64,000 bases of DNA from IMG/VR virus record IMGVR_UViG_3300007513_000003. One strand, 5' to 3'. Below are positions 1-8,435 of the stretch, piece after piece. Position 1 is the first letter of the stretch. Each line of letters opens with the position of its first letter. Under the pieces are notes generated by a model that saw nothing but the letters and a program-made list of their open reading frames with translations, made no database searches and was not told the origin of the DNA. The DNA is from a virus. Its lineage: Duplodnaviria; Caudoviricetes. The position numbers and the translations under genes were made by a program.

Positions 1-679
1 CAGGCCCGCCAGTATATTGCGTATGCCATACTATACCAAAGTCTGCGGCCAGTAATTGCTGTGCTAATTCACTGCCGACAGGGACAGCATATGTAATTTC
101 TTGTGGTCTAAAAGCAATATATTTTTCCCCTTCAATAGTTACTGTTTTTAAATCACCTTTAGCAAACATAAAGTCGCCATGCAGTATGCCATCAAAGTTT
201 AATTTTGGCAATTCTTTTAAAGCCATCTTAAACTTATTACGCAGGCCTGCTCTTGTCTTACCTTTTTCTAAACCAGCATCAGAATGGTTCTTGTCAATAT
301 CTTTAGGTGTTTTGTTTAATTTAGGATTTTTATTAAAAAAGCCGTGCTTTGTTGCTACAAAAAACTTACCGTCCTTTGGATCAGTGCCAGCAACAATAGC
401 AGGAGCACCATCCCACTTAGTTGTTATTTTGGTACGTTTGCCTCCGTGTCCGGAAAGCATACCAGCAACGTTGGCCAAATAGTTTAATGCTTGTTTAGCG
501 CCTTTGTATCCTTGCGTAAATACCAAGTCTTCAAGGTGTGTCATATGTGTGCGGTCTTCTTTTTCAAAAAGCCATTTAGATTCGTTAATAAGATTTCCTT
601 CGCGGTCTTTGCGTGGTGCACGGTCCTTGCGACGTTTTGCTCTTGCTGGTCGTTCTTCGTGTAGATCAGATATCTTCAT
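1..679 (-). CDS. DUF6267-like T4-type phage protein (partial, runs off window start)
   Basis: Not in the ORF track; translated by hand from ATG at 679: MKISDLHEE...THMTHLEDLVF...KITTKWDGAPAIVAGTDPKDGKFFVATK. The HLED and KWDGAPA..G.DP..G.FFV.TK motifs match my recollection of this family of marine T4-like phages. Confidence 0.7.
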   Translation of the reverse strand, partial: MKISDLHEERPARAKRRKDRAPRKDREGNLINESKWLFEKEDRTHMTHLEDLVFTQGYKGAKQALNYLANVAGMLSGHGGKRTKITTKWDGAPAIVAGTDPKDGKFFVATKHGFFNKNPKLNKTPKDIDKNHSDAGLEKGKTRAGLRNKFKMALKELPKLNFDGILHGDFMFAKGDLKTVTIEGEKYIAFRPQEITYAVPVGSELAQQLLAADFGIVWHTQYTGGP

Positions 680-911
680 TATTAACAATATCCAATAATT
701 CTGTTATAGCATCACTAAAACGTTTTTTAGTTGCTTCATCAACATCGTCCCAATCTATTTTAATCCAATCATCTACAACGTTTTCTAATTCGCCGGACAT
801 TTGATCTACAATACCACTTGTTTTACCTGGTGGGAATCTTTTATAACGTGGGGGCGGCCGCCTAGTTAAAACTTTTGAGTCTACGTACGGCGATATTTCA
901 CTCAGTTTCAC
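666..911 (-). CDS. small hypothetical protein (MKLSEIS..., probable GTG start at 911)
   Basis: ORF track 666..941. GTG at 911 gives an N-terminus like those of neighbouring genes and reduces overlap with the upstream gene. Confidence 0.55.
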   Translation of the reverse strand: MKLSEISPYVDSKVLTRRPPPRYKRFPPGKTSGIVDQMSGELENVVDDWIKIDWDDVDEATKKRFSDAITELLDIVNNEDI

Positions 912-1152
912 TGTCGCCCGCCTTGCGAATACTACGCACAAATTTTTTATTATCTTGTCCGCGTATACTATTAAGAAGTCGTCTTTCTAGTTCAGAAGCA
1001 GTAGCATGGTCATAGTTTTCATAAATATTATTAATAAGATTTACTGCACTGTCAATGATATGTATAGCGCGACTTTCAATAATCGCACTCTTATTTTTCT
1101 CGCTATATAGAGAATTCAATTCTTCAAGTATAGTTCTAGTTTTACGTTTCAT
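898..1152 (-). CDS. conserved-type hypothetical late protein (MKRKTRTILEELNSLY...)
   Basis: ORF track 898..1164, ATG at 1152; TAAATA late-promoter motif upstream at 1173-1178. Confidence 0.65.
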   Translation of the reverse strand: MKRKTRTILEELNSLYSEKNKSAIIESRAIHIIDSAVNLINNIYENYDHATASELERRLLNSIRGQDNKKFVRSIRKAGDSETE

Positions 1153-1193
1153 ATTAATATACACTCTGTATATATTTAGTTAAATTTCCACTA

Positions 1194-1682
1194 TTAATTG
1201 TTAAATTTTGCTTTCTTATTAATAGATGTCCAACCAAATCCTCTAACAGAGTAGTAACAAGAAACAACTTTCCAACTTGGAATTTTAGGTTCTGCTGATT
1301 CCATTCCCAATTTGAATATATTGTCTGCTTGTTTTCGAAGGCTTTTGATACTTGTTTTGTCTAAAGCGCCTTGGTCTTTGTGTTTTCTAATAGCACCGTA
1401 AAGAGCATCATGTATAACTGCACCACGGGCAACATCCCACGGAGAAATAATACTCCACATTGCTCTGGATATTGATGCTAAATCTGTTTTATATCCAACT
1501 GGAGCTGTGATCATAATATGATCATCAGTTTCTCTAATTTTTACATCTGTAAGTTTCCAAACTGACATTGAATTAACAATATCAGCAACTCTACTTTTTT
1601 CAATCTCAAATGTAAGAGACTCAGTTAATACCCATTCTCTCGGGCCAAGAAAATCTGCTTGTAAATAATCATGCCACCGCAT
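1194..1682 (-). CDS. DUF1353-family protein
   Basis: W.L...L.F, AP.G..TDLASI and A.IHD.LY motifs are typical of DUF1353. Confidence 0.7.
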   Translation of the reverse strand: MRWHDYLQADFLGPREWVLTESLTFEIEKSRVADIVNSMSVWKLTDVKIRETDDHIMITAPVGYKTDLASISRAMWSIISPWDVARGAVIHDALYGAIRKHKDQGALDKTSIKSLRKQADNIFKLGMESAEPKIPSWKVVSCYYSVRGFGWTSINKKAKFNN

Positions 1683-1714
1683 AGTATAAATTCCTGTTAG
1701 GTTGTTTATACTAT

Positions 1715-3133
1715 TTATAATTCCTCGTTGTTTCGCATGTTGCTGAGTAGAGAACGAATTTTACTACCACTTGCTTCTGCTGTAACTTTGGGAGCATCAC
1801 CTGCACTACTGACTGTTGCACTTCTGTTAATTTTGTTGAATATGTCTGTTTGGGATCCTGCTGGTGTATATTCTGTGCTTTCATCATTTTGATATGACTG
1901 TGCATCTTCTCCCAGATCTCTAATACGTAAACTTTCCAAATCAAATTCTAGATCAAGTTTTTGGCCAACACCACTACTACTTCTAGTTTTCATAAACTGT
2001 ATTTGATATCTTCCACGCTCACGCATTGCTCTACTTGTAAAAATACCAATAACATTGTCTGCTGTATTAACTTTACTAATACCGCCTGCAATATGTGAAT
2101 GATCAAACTCAATTTCATCCACAGCACCTCTGTTTAACTGCGATGCTGTAACTAATACAGTGTCTAGTTCTTTAGCAAAGTTTCTTAGTTCTTCTGCTAC
2201 ATACTTGTCTTTAACAAACAAATCACTTGGTGCTACTTTAGCACTTACCGGCATACACAGATCTAAGTAATCAATCAAAATCGCATCTGGCTTTATACCC
2301 TTTTGCACACTTAATTCTTTTACATAACTGCGAAAATCATTAATGTTACTTTGTGCTGGCATATACTTAATTTGTAATTTACCCGCCTTCTTAGATACTA
2401 ACTTAATTTTCATTTCAACTGTATCAAGATCTTTAAAAATTTCTTTTGTTGCAATGTTAGATATCATACTGTCAATACGCATTGCTGTAAGTTCTTCGCT
2501 TAATTCCAATGTAAAATATAAAACATTTAATCCGGCCAATACCCAGTTAACTGCTACGTTTTGCATAAACAAACTTTTACCACTACCACTGCCACCTGCA
2601 AAAATATTTAACTCGCCCTTGTTAAAGCCACCAAACAGTTTCTTGTCAAACGTTGGCCAACCTGTGCTCAACTGTCCGTTATTAGATTTTAGCGATAGTA
2701 GTCTTTCTCTTGGATTGTCCCAATAGTCTGTACCCATATCTTTTGTAAGACCAATCTGTACTGCTTTCTTAATTTTAGACTCAACTAGGTTGTAGTCACC
2801 CTTTTCTAATAGATCAGCACTATCTAAAATTGCTCTCTCAAGTTCTTTATGCCTACTAAAAGTTTCAAACTCATCCATTAACCAATTAGTGTGGTCTTCT
2901 GCTACTTCTTCTATAATATTTAATTTAGAACCTGTTTTACTGTTTATTTGTTTTATTTCGGGCAAAGATTTATATTCATTCACATATTCTTTTATAAACT
3001 TTGCTACTGGACGCAAACTTCTATCAAAGTTTTGCGGATTAAAAATGTTCTGTACTCTTACGTATGCTTCCGGATTTGCCACAAGCATTTCAAGATACAG
3101 TTTTTGTAGATCTACGTTATACTCTTTGTTCAT
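1715..3133 (-). CDS. gp41: DnaB-like replicative DNA helicase
   Basis: Walker A GGSGSGKS, FTLELSE, LIDYLD Walker B, TASQLNR and KTR motifs; adjacent to primase. Confidence 0.93.
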   Translation of the reverse strand: MNKEYNVDLQKLYLEMLVANPEAYVRVQNIFNPQNFDRSLRPVAKFIKEYVNEYKSLPEIKQINSKTGSKLNIIEEVAEDHTNWLMDEFETFSRHKELERAILDSADLLEKGDYNLVESKIKKAVQIGLTKDMGTDYWDNPRERLLSLKSNNGQLSTGWPTFDKKLFGGFNKGELNIFAGGSGSGKSLFMQNVAVNWVLAGLNVLYFTLELSEELTAMRIDSMISNIATKEIFKDLDTVEMKIKLVSKKAGKLQIKYMPAQSNINDFRSYVKELSVQKGIKPDAILIDYLDLCMPVSAKVAPSDLFVKDKYVAEELRNFAKELDTVLVTASQLNRGAVDEIEFDHSHIAGGISKVNTADNVIGIFTSRAMRERGRYQIQFMKTRSSSGVGQKLDLEFDLESLRIRDLGEDAQSYQNDESTEYTPAGSQTDIFNKINRSATVSSAGDAPKVTAEASGSKIRSLLSNMRNNEEL

Positions 3134-4100
3134 TTAGTCTTTTCTTTGCCATTAAGTTTATCTTGAGACTCGATGTCTCAACATTATCTATTATATTTTT
3201 TAGTGTAAATATTCTACCATATTGGACTATTGCTTCGTTTATATCCTTACAAGTGTCGTGCCACGTTGGAAAACTTACGTCCCAGTTATATTTTAGTGCT
3301 TGCTGTATAAGTTTGTTTCCGGCACTATCGTTATCAGGTACCATTATAACTTGCCTGTTTAAACTCTCAATCAAATCAACCTGTGCATCACTTATATCAC
3401 TGCCTAGTATAGCAACGCCTTCTACAGCAATAGCATCAAATGGGCCTTCTGTCACAATAACAAACTTGCGATCTTCTGTTTGCCCATCCATATTAAACAC
3501 AAACCCCTGTGGTGTGCTAGTAAAATATTTTGGATTACCACGCACAGTTAAACGTGCGGTGTATCCTACAATTTCTCCTTTCCAAAAGAATGGTATTATT
3601 ACACGCCTGTCAAACTTTGTTTCTGTTATTGGCGTCCAATAAAAATTGTAGTCATTAATACTTAGCCCTCTGTTTGCCAAATACTTTACAATTTGGGTAT
3701 TATCGCTTTTTAGCAGGTTGCTTTCTTTTGGAAAATCTTTAAGTTCAAAGTTAAACTCTGTTTCTTCTTCAATAAGATCGTGTTCAATAGCAGTTTCTTT
3801 TAACTGTATTGCTGTTAATACAAGGCGCTTAATATCACCTTCCGGAACACTTAGCCACGACATTAACTGCCGCATTTTTCTGCTTAAATGTCTTCCGGGT
3901 TGCCAGCCTGTTTTATACCCACAGTTGAAACAATTATATGAGATCGCCTCACCGTTGATTATAATACCGCCTCGGCCACGCTTATCTTGTGTTTCTCCGT
4001 TATGTATGCAACAAGGCGCATTAAATGAATTCCAGCCACTAGAACTTTTCTTTACCCTTCCAGGCAAATTGTTCATAATAACTGACTGTACTAAGTTCAT
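3117..4100 (-). CDS. gp61: DNA primase (Zn finger + TOPRIM)
   Basis: N-terminal CCIH...CFNC zinc finger, TEGPFDA and PDND TOPRIM motifs. ATG at 4100 preferred over the track start 4115, which lies inside the promoter. Confidence 0.9.
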   Translation of the reverse strand: MNLVQSVIMNNLPGRVKKSSSGWNSFNAPCCIHNGETQDKRGRGGIIINGEAISYNCFNCGYKTGWQPGRHLSRKMRQLMSWLSVPEGDIKRLVLTAIQLKETAIEHDLIEEETEFNFELKDFPKESNLLKSDNTQIVKYLANRGLSINDYNFYWTPITETKFDRRVIIPFFWKGEIVGYTARLTVRGNPKYFTSTPQGFVFNMDGQTEDRKFVIVTEGPFDAIAVEGVAILGSDISDAQVDLIESLNRQVIMVPDNDSAGNKLIQQALKYNWDVSFPTWHDTCKDINEAIVQYGRIFTLKNIIDNVETSSLKINLMAKKRLNEQRV

Positions 4101-4106
4101 AGTACT

Positions 4107-4135
4107 ATTATACAACCTGATGTGCTATATGTCAA
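4107..4135 (-). promoter_or_regulatory. consensus sigma70 promoter of primase-helicase operon
   Basis: Minus strand TTGACA(4135-4130)-N17-TATAAT(4112-4107), ending 6 nt before the primase ATG. Confidence 0.85.
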
Positions 4136-4149
4136 GAATCATAATGATA

Positions 4150-5892
4150 TTATTCAATAGCAAATGAATTAGTAATATTTGCTATACCTTCCTGGGAAAA
4201 AGAATGATAAAGATATTGTTCAATAACAAATGAATGACTATATAATTTATTATTAATTTCAATGACGTCTATAAAAAATCCATACTTTTCATTGAAAAAG
4301 TTTAACTTTTTTACTAATTGGTCTGCCATAAACTTTAGAAAATAATAATGCTTATCTAGATAATACGAAAATGGTGCCAAGTCATAGCTATTTTGTTGCC
4401 TCTGCAATTGGTAATGGTTATACAGTGCCGATATGTTCCTAGATAAAAAATAATCTTGTATGTAATTTGTATCCATTATTAAATTTACATCTATCAAATC
4501 TAAATCTACATCTTTGTTTATAATACTTTTATATGTGCTATCAATGCCATTTAATGGAATTTCCTCGCCAAACGAATAACTTGAATTACTAAATTTAATA
4601 AATCTTATCTTAGATAAATTGTGTTTTTTTTGATAATTAATATCATAGGCTGGTGAATTTGGAAGTATTATCCAGGGATGAAGTAATACCAAGTCTATAT
4701 TAACGAGAGAAAATTCTTTAAACATATATATATTTTTTTCTAAGGTGGCGCCTGGTAAGCCATTTATAACCTCTGCTTTTATATATTGTCCTGCTTTTTT
4801 TAATGTTTTTATAAGTTCTTTATTTTCTTCCCAAGTAATACTTGGTCTATTAATATTATCCAAAACTTCTTTATCTATGTGTTGCAAAGAAACTTTAGAT
4901 ATGCTGCCTTTGGGTGTTTTTGAATTTTTGGCTTTATATAACTCAAGTTCTAATACACGATCTTTATGTAATTTTGCATTACTAGGATTTTCAAAATAAT
5001 GGTAATCATTACTAAAATTATCATGGCCAAACTTAACTACATCTACGTCATCTTTAAGTATTCCCACATTTGCATCCGTAATCATAAGAACTACATATTT
5101 AAGTTTTGATAAAAATTTTATTTCTTCCCTCCAATCCAATGTAGCTACATTAACTTTATGATGTAACCCAGAAGACCAGTCGCAAAAAGTACAAGCATAC
5201 GGACATCCTCGGACTCTTTCCCATGGAATAAATATAAACGAATCCGAATTACTGTCATTTTGTTTTGCATCCAGGCCTTTCGCCTCTAACCATTTTACTC
5301 TATTCTTTTTTGCAACTTCATACTCTTGTAGTAGATCTTGTTTTAAATCCAAGTAAGGATTATATGCTAGATGATCTTTAAATTTAAAAATCTTATACCG
5401 GGTTTTAAACTCTTTAGTTATTAAATTAGGAATAGTCTGCTCGTTTATTGGAGTAATAAAACTATCTAATAGCATTTGGAATGTTTCTTCACCATCTCCA
5501 TAACAAACATAGTCAAAATAAGGATTCTTTTTTGCGTATTCTGTGCCCAAAACATGTTCAACTTCAGGACCACCTGCTATTATAATACAATTAGGAAAGA
5601 CCTTTTTAATTTTCTTTGCTAATCGAATCGAATTATTAGAATTCCAAAGATAAAGGGTAAGACAAACAATATCAGGTTTTTTTTCTTTGATTACGTTAAA
5701 CGCTTTATTAACTTGGTTACCTTTTGTGTTGGGGCTGAACCCATTCTCATTCGGTAACCAGGTATAATTTTTATAATGTTTTCCTGTCTTTTTATAAAAA
5801 GATCTTAAACTATAAGAAACTAAACTGATTATGGGGCCGGTGTATCTCGACTGATCCGTGCCTGTATGTAAATTAATAAACTGCACTTTCAT
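4150..5892 (-). CDS. B12-binding-domain radical SAM enzyme
   Basis: N-terminal PDIVCLTLYLWN...IIIAGGPEV...GDGE cobalamin-binding-like domain, then ERVRGCPYACTFCDW (CxxxCxxC). Confidence 0.85.
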   Translation of the reverse strand: MKVQFINLHTGTDQSRYTGPIISLVSYSLRSFYKKTGKHYKNYTWLPNENGFSPNTKGNQVNKAFNVIKEKKPDIVCLTLYLWNSNNSIRLAKKIKKVFPNCIIIAGGPEVEHVLGTEYAKKNPYFDYVCYGDGEETFQMLLDSFITPINEQTIPNLITKEFKTRYKIFKFKDHLAYNPYLDLKQDLLQEYEVAKKNRVKWLEAKGLDAKQNDSNSDSFIFIPWERVRGCPYACTFCDWSSGLHHKVNVATLDWREEIKFLSKLKYVVLMITDANVGILKDDVDVVKFGHDNFSNDYHYFENPSNAKLHKDRVLELELYKAKNSKTPKGSISKVSLQHIDKEVLDNINRPSITWEENKELIKTLKKAGQYIKAEVINGLPGATLEKNIYMFKEFSLVNIDLVLLHPWIILPNSPAYDINYQKKHNLSKIRFIKFSNSSYSFGEEIPLNGIDSTYKSIINKDVDLDLIDVNLIMDTNYIQDYFLSRNISALYNHYQLQRQQNSYDLAPFSYYLDKHYYFLKFMADQLVKKLNFFNEKYGFFIDVIEINNKLYSHSFVIEQYLYHSFSQEGIANITNSFAIE

Positions 5893-5926
5893 AACGTATT
5901 ATATATTACATTATTATTTAACAATG

Positions 5927-6697
5927 TTATGAGCGGTAAAGAATTTTTTCCATACTACCTGCAGTTGGTGTGTGTACAAATCGTACTCTGTTATAAACTC
6001 CATTCCAGTTAGTATATGCAATGCCGGTTTTTGATGCCAAAGTTACAGTTTTAATGTCAAAATAATCGGCAGGCGCCACATTATCATTTAATGTTGCTTG
6101 TACTTTGATATCACCACTGTAACCATTTACATAAAATGCGGCAGTATGTAATCCTGTATTTTGGTTTAATTTTGACTCTGCCACTAAAGGATCACTGGTA
6201 TATGTACCGCCTGCTTCCTGGAAGTCTGCTAATTTTAATTCTAGACTTTCTTTTATGTCTGGGAACACTCCATCTAAGATTTGTAATTGGCCAATAACAT
6301 CATATGCGCCGTCTACGTACCCAATCATTTGATTTTCTTCACCGTCTACAACCTTCACTGAATAATTTAGATATTGGCTATCTAAATTTAACAAATCACC
6401 TTCTGTAATAGTAACCTTTGCCTTGCCATTAATACCATCTACAATCGTTGCTGTTTTATTTAAAAGCACACTTGTTCCGTCCGACGAGTTTAGTATACTA
6501 AACGTAATCGTCTTGTCTGTAATGGTTAAAGTTTTTTGGTTATCGTTTTTCAATTGTATTTGTATTGTGTTATCAATACCTTTGTATAATTTAATCGGAT
6601 GATTATACATTTCATACCCCCAATGTTGTTTGTCAGTGTCAACCTTAATTTTCAAATTAATAATTTGGTCATATAAATAGACAGTAGTAACTAGCAT
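5927..6697 (-). CDS. probable virion/baseplate structural protein (BppU-N-like beta domain)
   Basis: YKGIDNTIQIQLKN...L.KTA.IVDG.NGKA.VTI pattern resembles BppU-like domains; ATAAATA late motif upstream near 6717-6723. Confidence 0.5.
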   Translation of the reverse strand: MLVTTVYLYDQIINLKIKVDTDKQHWGYEMYNHPIKLYKGIDNTIQIQLKNDNQKTLTITDKTITFSILNSSDGTSVLLNKTATIVDGINGKAKVTITEGDLLNLDSQYLNYSVKVVDGEENQMIGYVDGAYDVIGQLQILDGVFPDIKESLELKLADFQEAGGTYTSDPLVAESKLNQNTGLHTAAFYVNGYSGDIKVQATLNDNVAPADYFDIKTVTLASKTGIAYTNWNGVYNRVRFVHTPTAGSMEKILYRS

Positions 6698-6726
6698 TTT
6701 ATAAAATCCTTTACTATATTTATTTT

Positions 6727-7101
6727 ATGTCTAACATTTATCAAGAACTAACCGAGAAATACCCGTTTATAAGTTATATCAAGTATGTTGATAAAGAGTT
6801 TATTGGCATTATTTTAAATAAAGATGCATCAATTATTAGTATATATGACTATAATGCGCTTCCTAGCATTAAAGTAAAGCAAAAATTTTTAGAATTGGGA
6901 GATGTCTGGTGGTGGGAATCCAATAGATTATTTCCTATTAACGTTTTTCTTAAAAAAGAATTTGTACCTTTCAAACCTTATATTAAAACATTTATGGCGA
7001 AAGATGTAGAAATAGTCCATGGCCCATATGTTAGTATGAATGAACTTGCTCAACGCAGAACAAAACGTAGAAATATTCAATTAGTCCAAAAGGTAAAATA
7101 G
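6727..7101 (+). CDS. hypothetical protein
   Basis: 124-aa ORF divergent from the previous gene, fills the gap, globular composition. Confidence 0.7.
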   Translation: MSNIYQELTEKYPFISYIKYVDKEFIGIILNKDASIISIYDYNALPSIKVKQKFLELGDVWWWESNRLFPINVFLKKEFVPFKPYIKTFMAKDVEIVHGPYVSMNELAQRRTKRRNIQLVQKVK

Positions 7102-7106
7102 GTAAA

Positions 7107-8420
7107 ATGAGTGATAATGCACATCAAGTACACAATAGATCAATTATTAACACTAAACAGTCTAAATTACAATGTAGATTAAAATGGTCACTTAGCACCA
7201 TATTTTTAACTACAAATACGACTGCAAGTTGCCATAGATGTGATCATAATCCAATTACGGAAGATTTTAATTTTCATAATACTCATCAAAAGGTACATGC
7301 TCGATTGCAGATGTTGCGCGATGAGTGGCCAGAGTTAGGATGCGAACACTGTAGAGTTATTGAGCAGGCAGGAGGAATGAGTGATAGACTCTTACATGAC
7401 GACATGGGATTTGCCCCGTCATCTCCGCCTGAATTATTTGATAATCCAAATGCAGTTCATGTTACTCCAACGCAACTTGAAATATATTTCAGTAATCTTT
7501 GCCAATTATCCTGTACATATTGTGGTTCGTATTTTAGTAGTACATGGGAGGCAGAAGACAAAAAATATGGTGACATACATGATTTCATGTATCCTGATGA
7601 CCACAAGGCCGGCCGGCCTAATTATCAAGAACTTAAATATTTAGATAAAGTATTTGACTGGTTAGATAAAAATGGCCAGCACCTAAGATCATTATACATT
7701 TTAGGGGGAGAACCCTTTATACAACCACAGTCTGATCGTTTGTTAGATTTCATTGCAGGAAATGGTGATAAATTTAAAAATTTAGATTTATTCTTTTTTA
7801 GTAATCTATCAAGTGATAATATAGAACCAAAAATTATTAAATTAAAGCAACTTCTAGAAGAGGGTAGATTACACAATGCTCATATTGTCGGCAGTATTGA
7901 TTGTTGGGGTAAGGAAGCAGAGTATGTAAGATATGGACTAGATATAGAATTATTTGATAAAAACATGAAATATATAATCGACGCCGGACTTGACACTACA
8001 ATAAACATATGTTGGTCTCCTATATCTACTTTTACTATGCCTGATCTTATTGAAAAATATCAAGAATGGAATCAACGACATATTACGAGAGGGAAGGAAT
8101 GGGGTATGAATATTAGTTTAATGCAAGCCTCTGGTAAAGACTGGATGCACCCTTCAATATTTGGTCCGAAAATTTTAGATTGGGGATACAACCAATCAAT
8201 TGACATGTTAATAAATATTGCAAACGAAAATTCTGAAAGCACAACCAGGGAATCTGTCATTGAATATCTTGAAGGAATAAAAAAAGCAATTGAGTCGGAT
8301 ATTCCTAATAAAAAAGCACAACAGGAATTACATAGATATCTAACAGAACTGGATCGCAGGCGTGGAACAGATTATAGAGAACTTTTCCCTATAATCTACG
8401 AAGAGATTCATAAGCAATAA
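7107..8420 (+). CDS. radical SAM protein (twitch-associated type)
   Basis: FSNLCQLSCTYC..YFSSTW (CxxxCxxC), ILGGEP and GSIDC motifs; additional N-terminal Cys motifs (SCHRC, CEHC). Confidence 0.85.
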   Translation: MSDNAHQVHNRSIINTKQSKLQCRLKWSLSTIFLTTNTTASCHRCDHNPITEDFNFHNTHQKVHARLQMLRDEWPELGCEHCRVIEQAGGMSDRLLHDDMGFAPSSPPELFDNPNAVHVTPTQLEIYFSNLCQLSCTYCGSYFSSTWEAEDKKYGDIHDFMYPDDHKAGRPNYQELKYLDKVFDWLDKNGQHLRSLYILGGEPFIQPQSDRLLDFIAGNGDKFKNLDLFFFSNLSSDNIEPKIIKLKQLLEEGRLHNAHIVGSIDCWGKEAEYVRYGLDIELFDKNMKYIIDAGLDTTINICWSPISTFTMPDLIEKYQEWNQRHITRGKEWGMNISLMQASGKDWMHPSIFGPKILDWGYNQSIDMLINIANENSESTTRESVIEYLEGIKKAIESDIPNKKAQQELHRYLTELDRRRGTDYRELFPIIYEEIHKQ

Positions 8421-8424
8421 AACA

Positions 8425-8430
8425 TAAATA
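8425..8430 (+). promoter_or_regulatory. T4-type late promoter (TAAATA)
   Basis: ATAAATA 5 nt before ATG 8436; TAAATACAGTTATG is identical to the terminase start region. Confidence 0.7.
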
Positions 8431-8435
8431 CAGTT

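Noticed and set aside
1711-1944. Short alternate-frame ORFs overlapping core genes (also 7381..7644, 19524..19715, 57244..57483, 62056..62265)
   Set aside because: Fully nested in well-supported genes with no independent signals.
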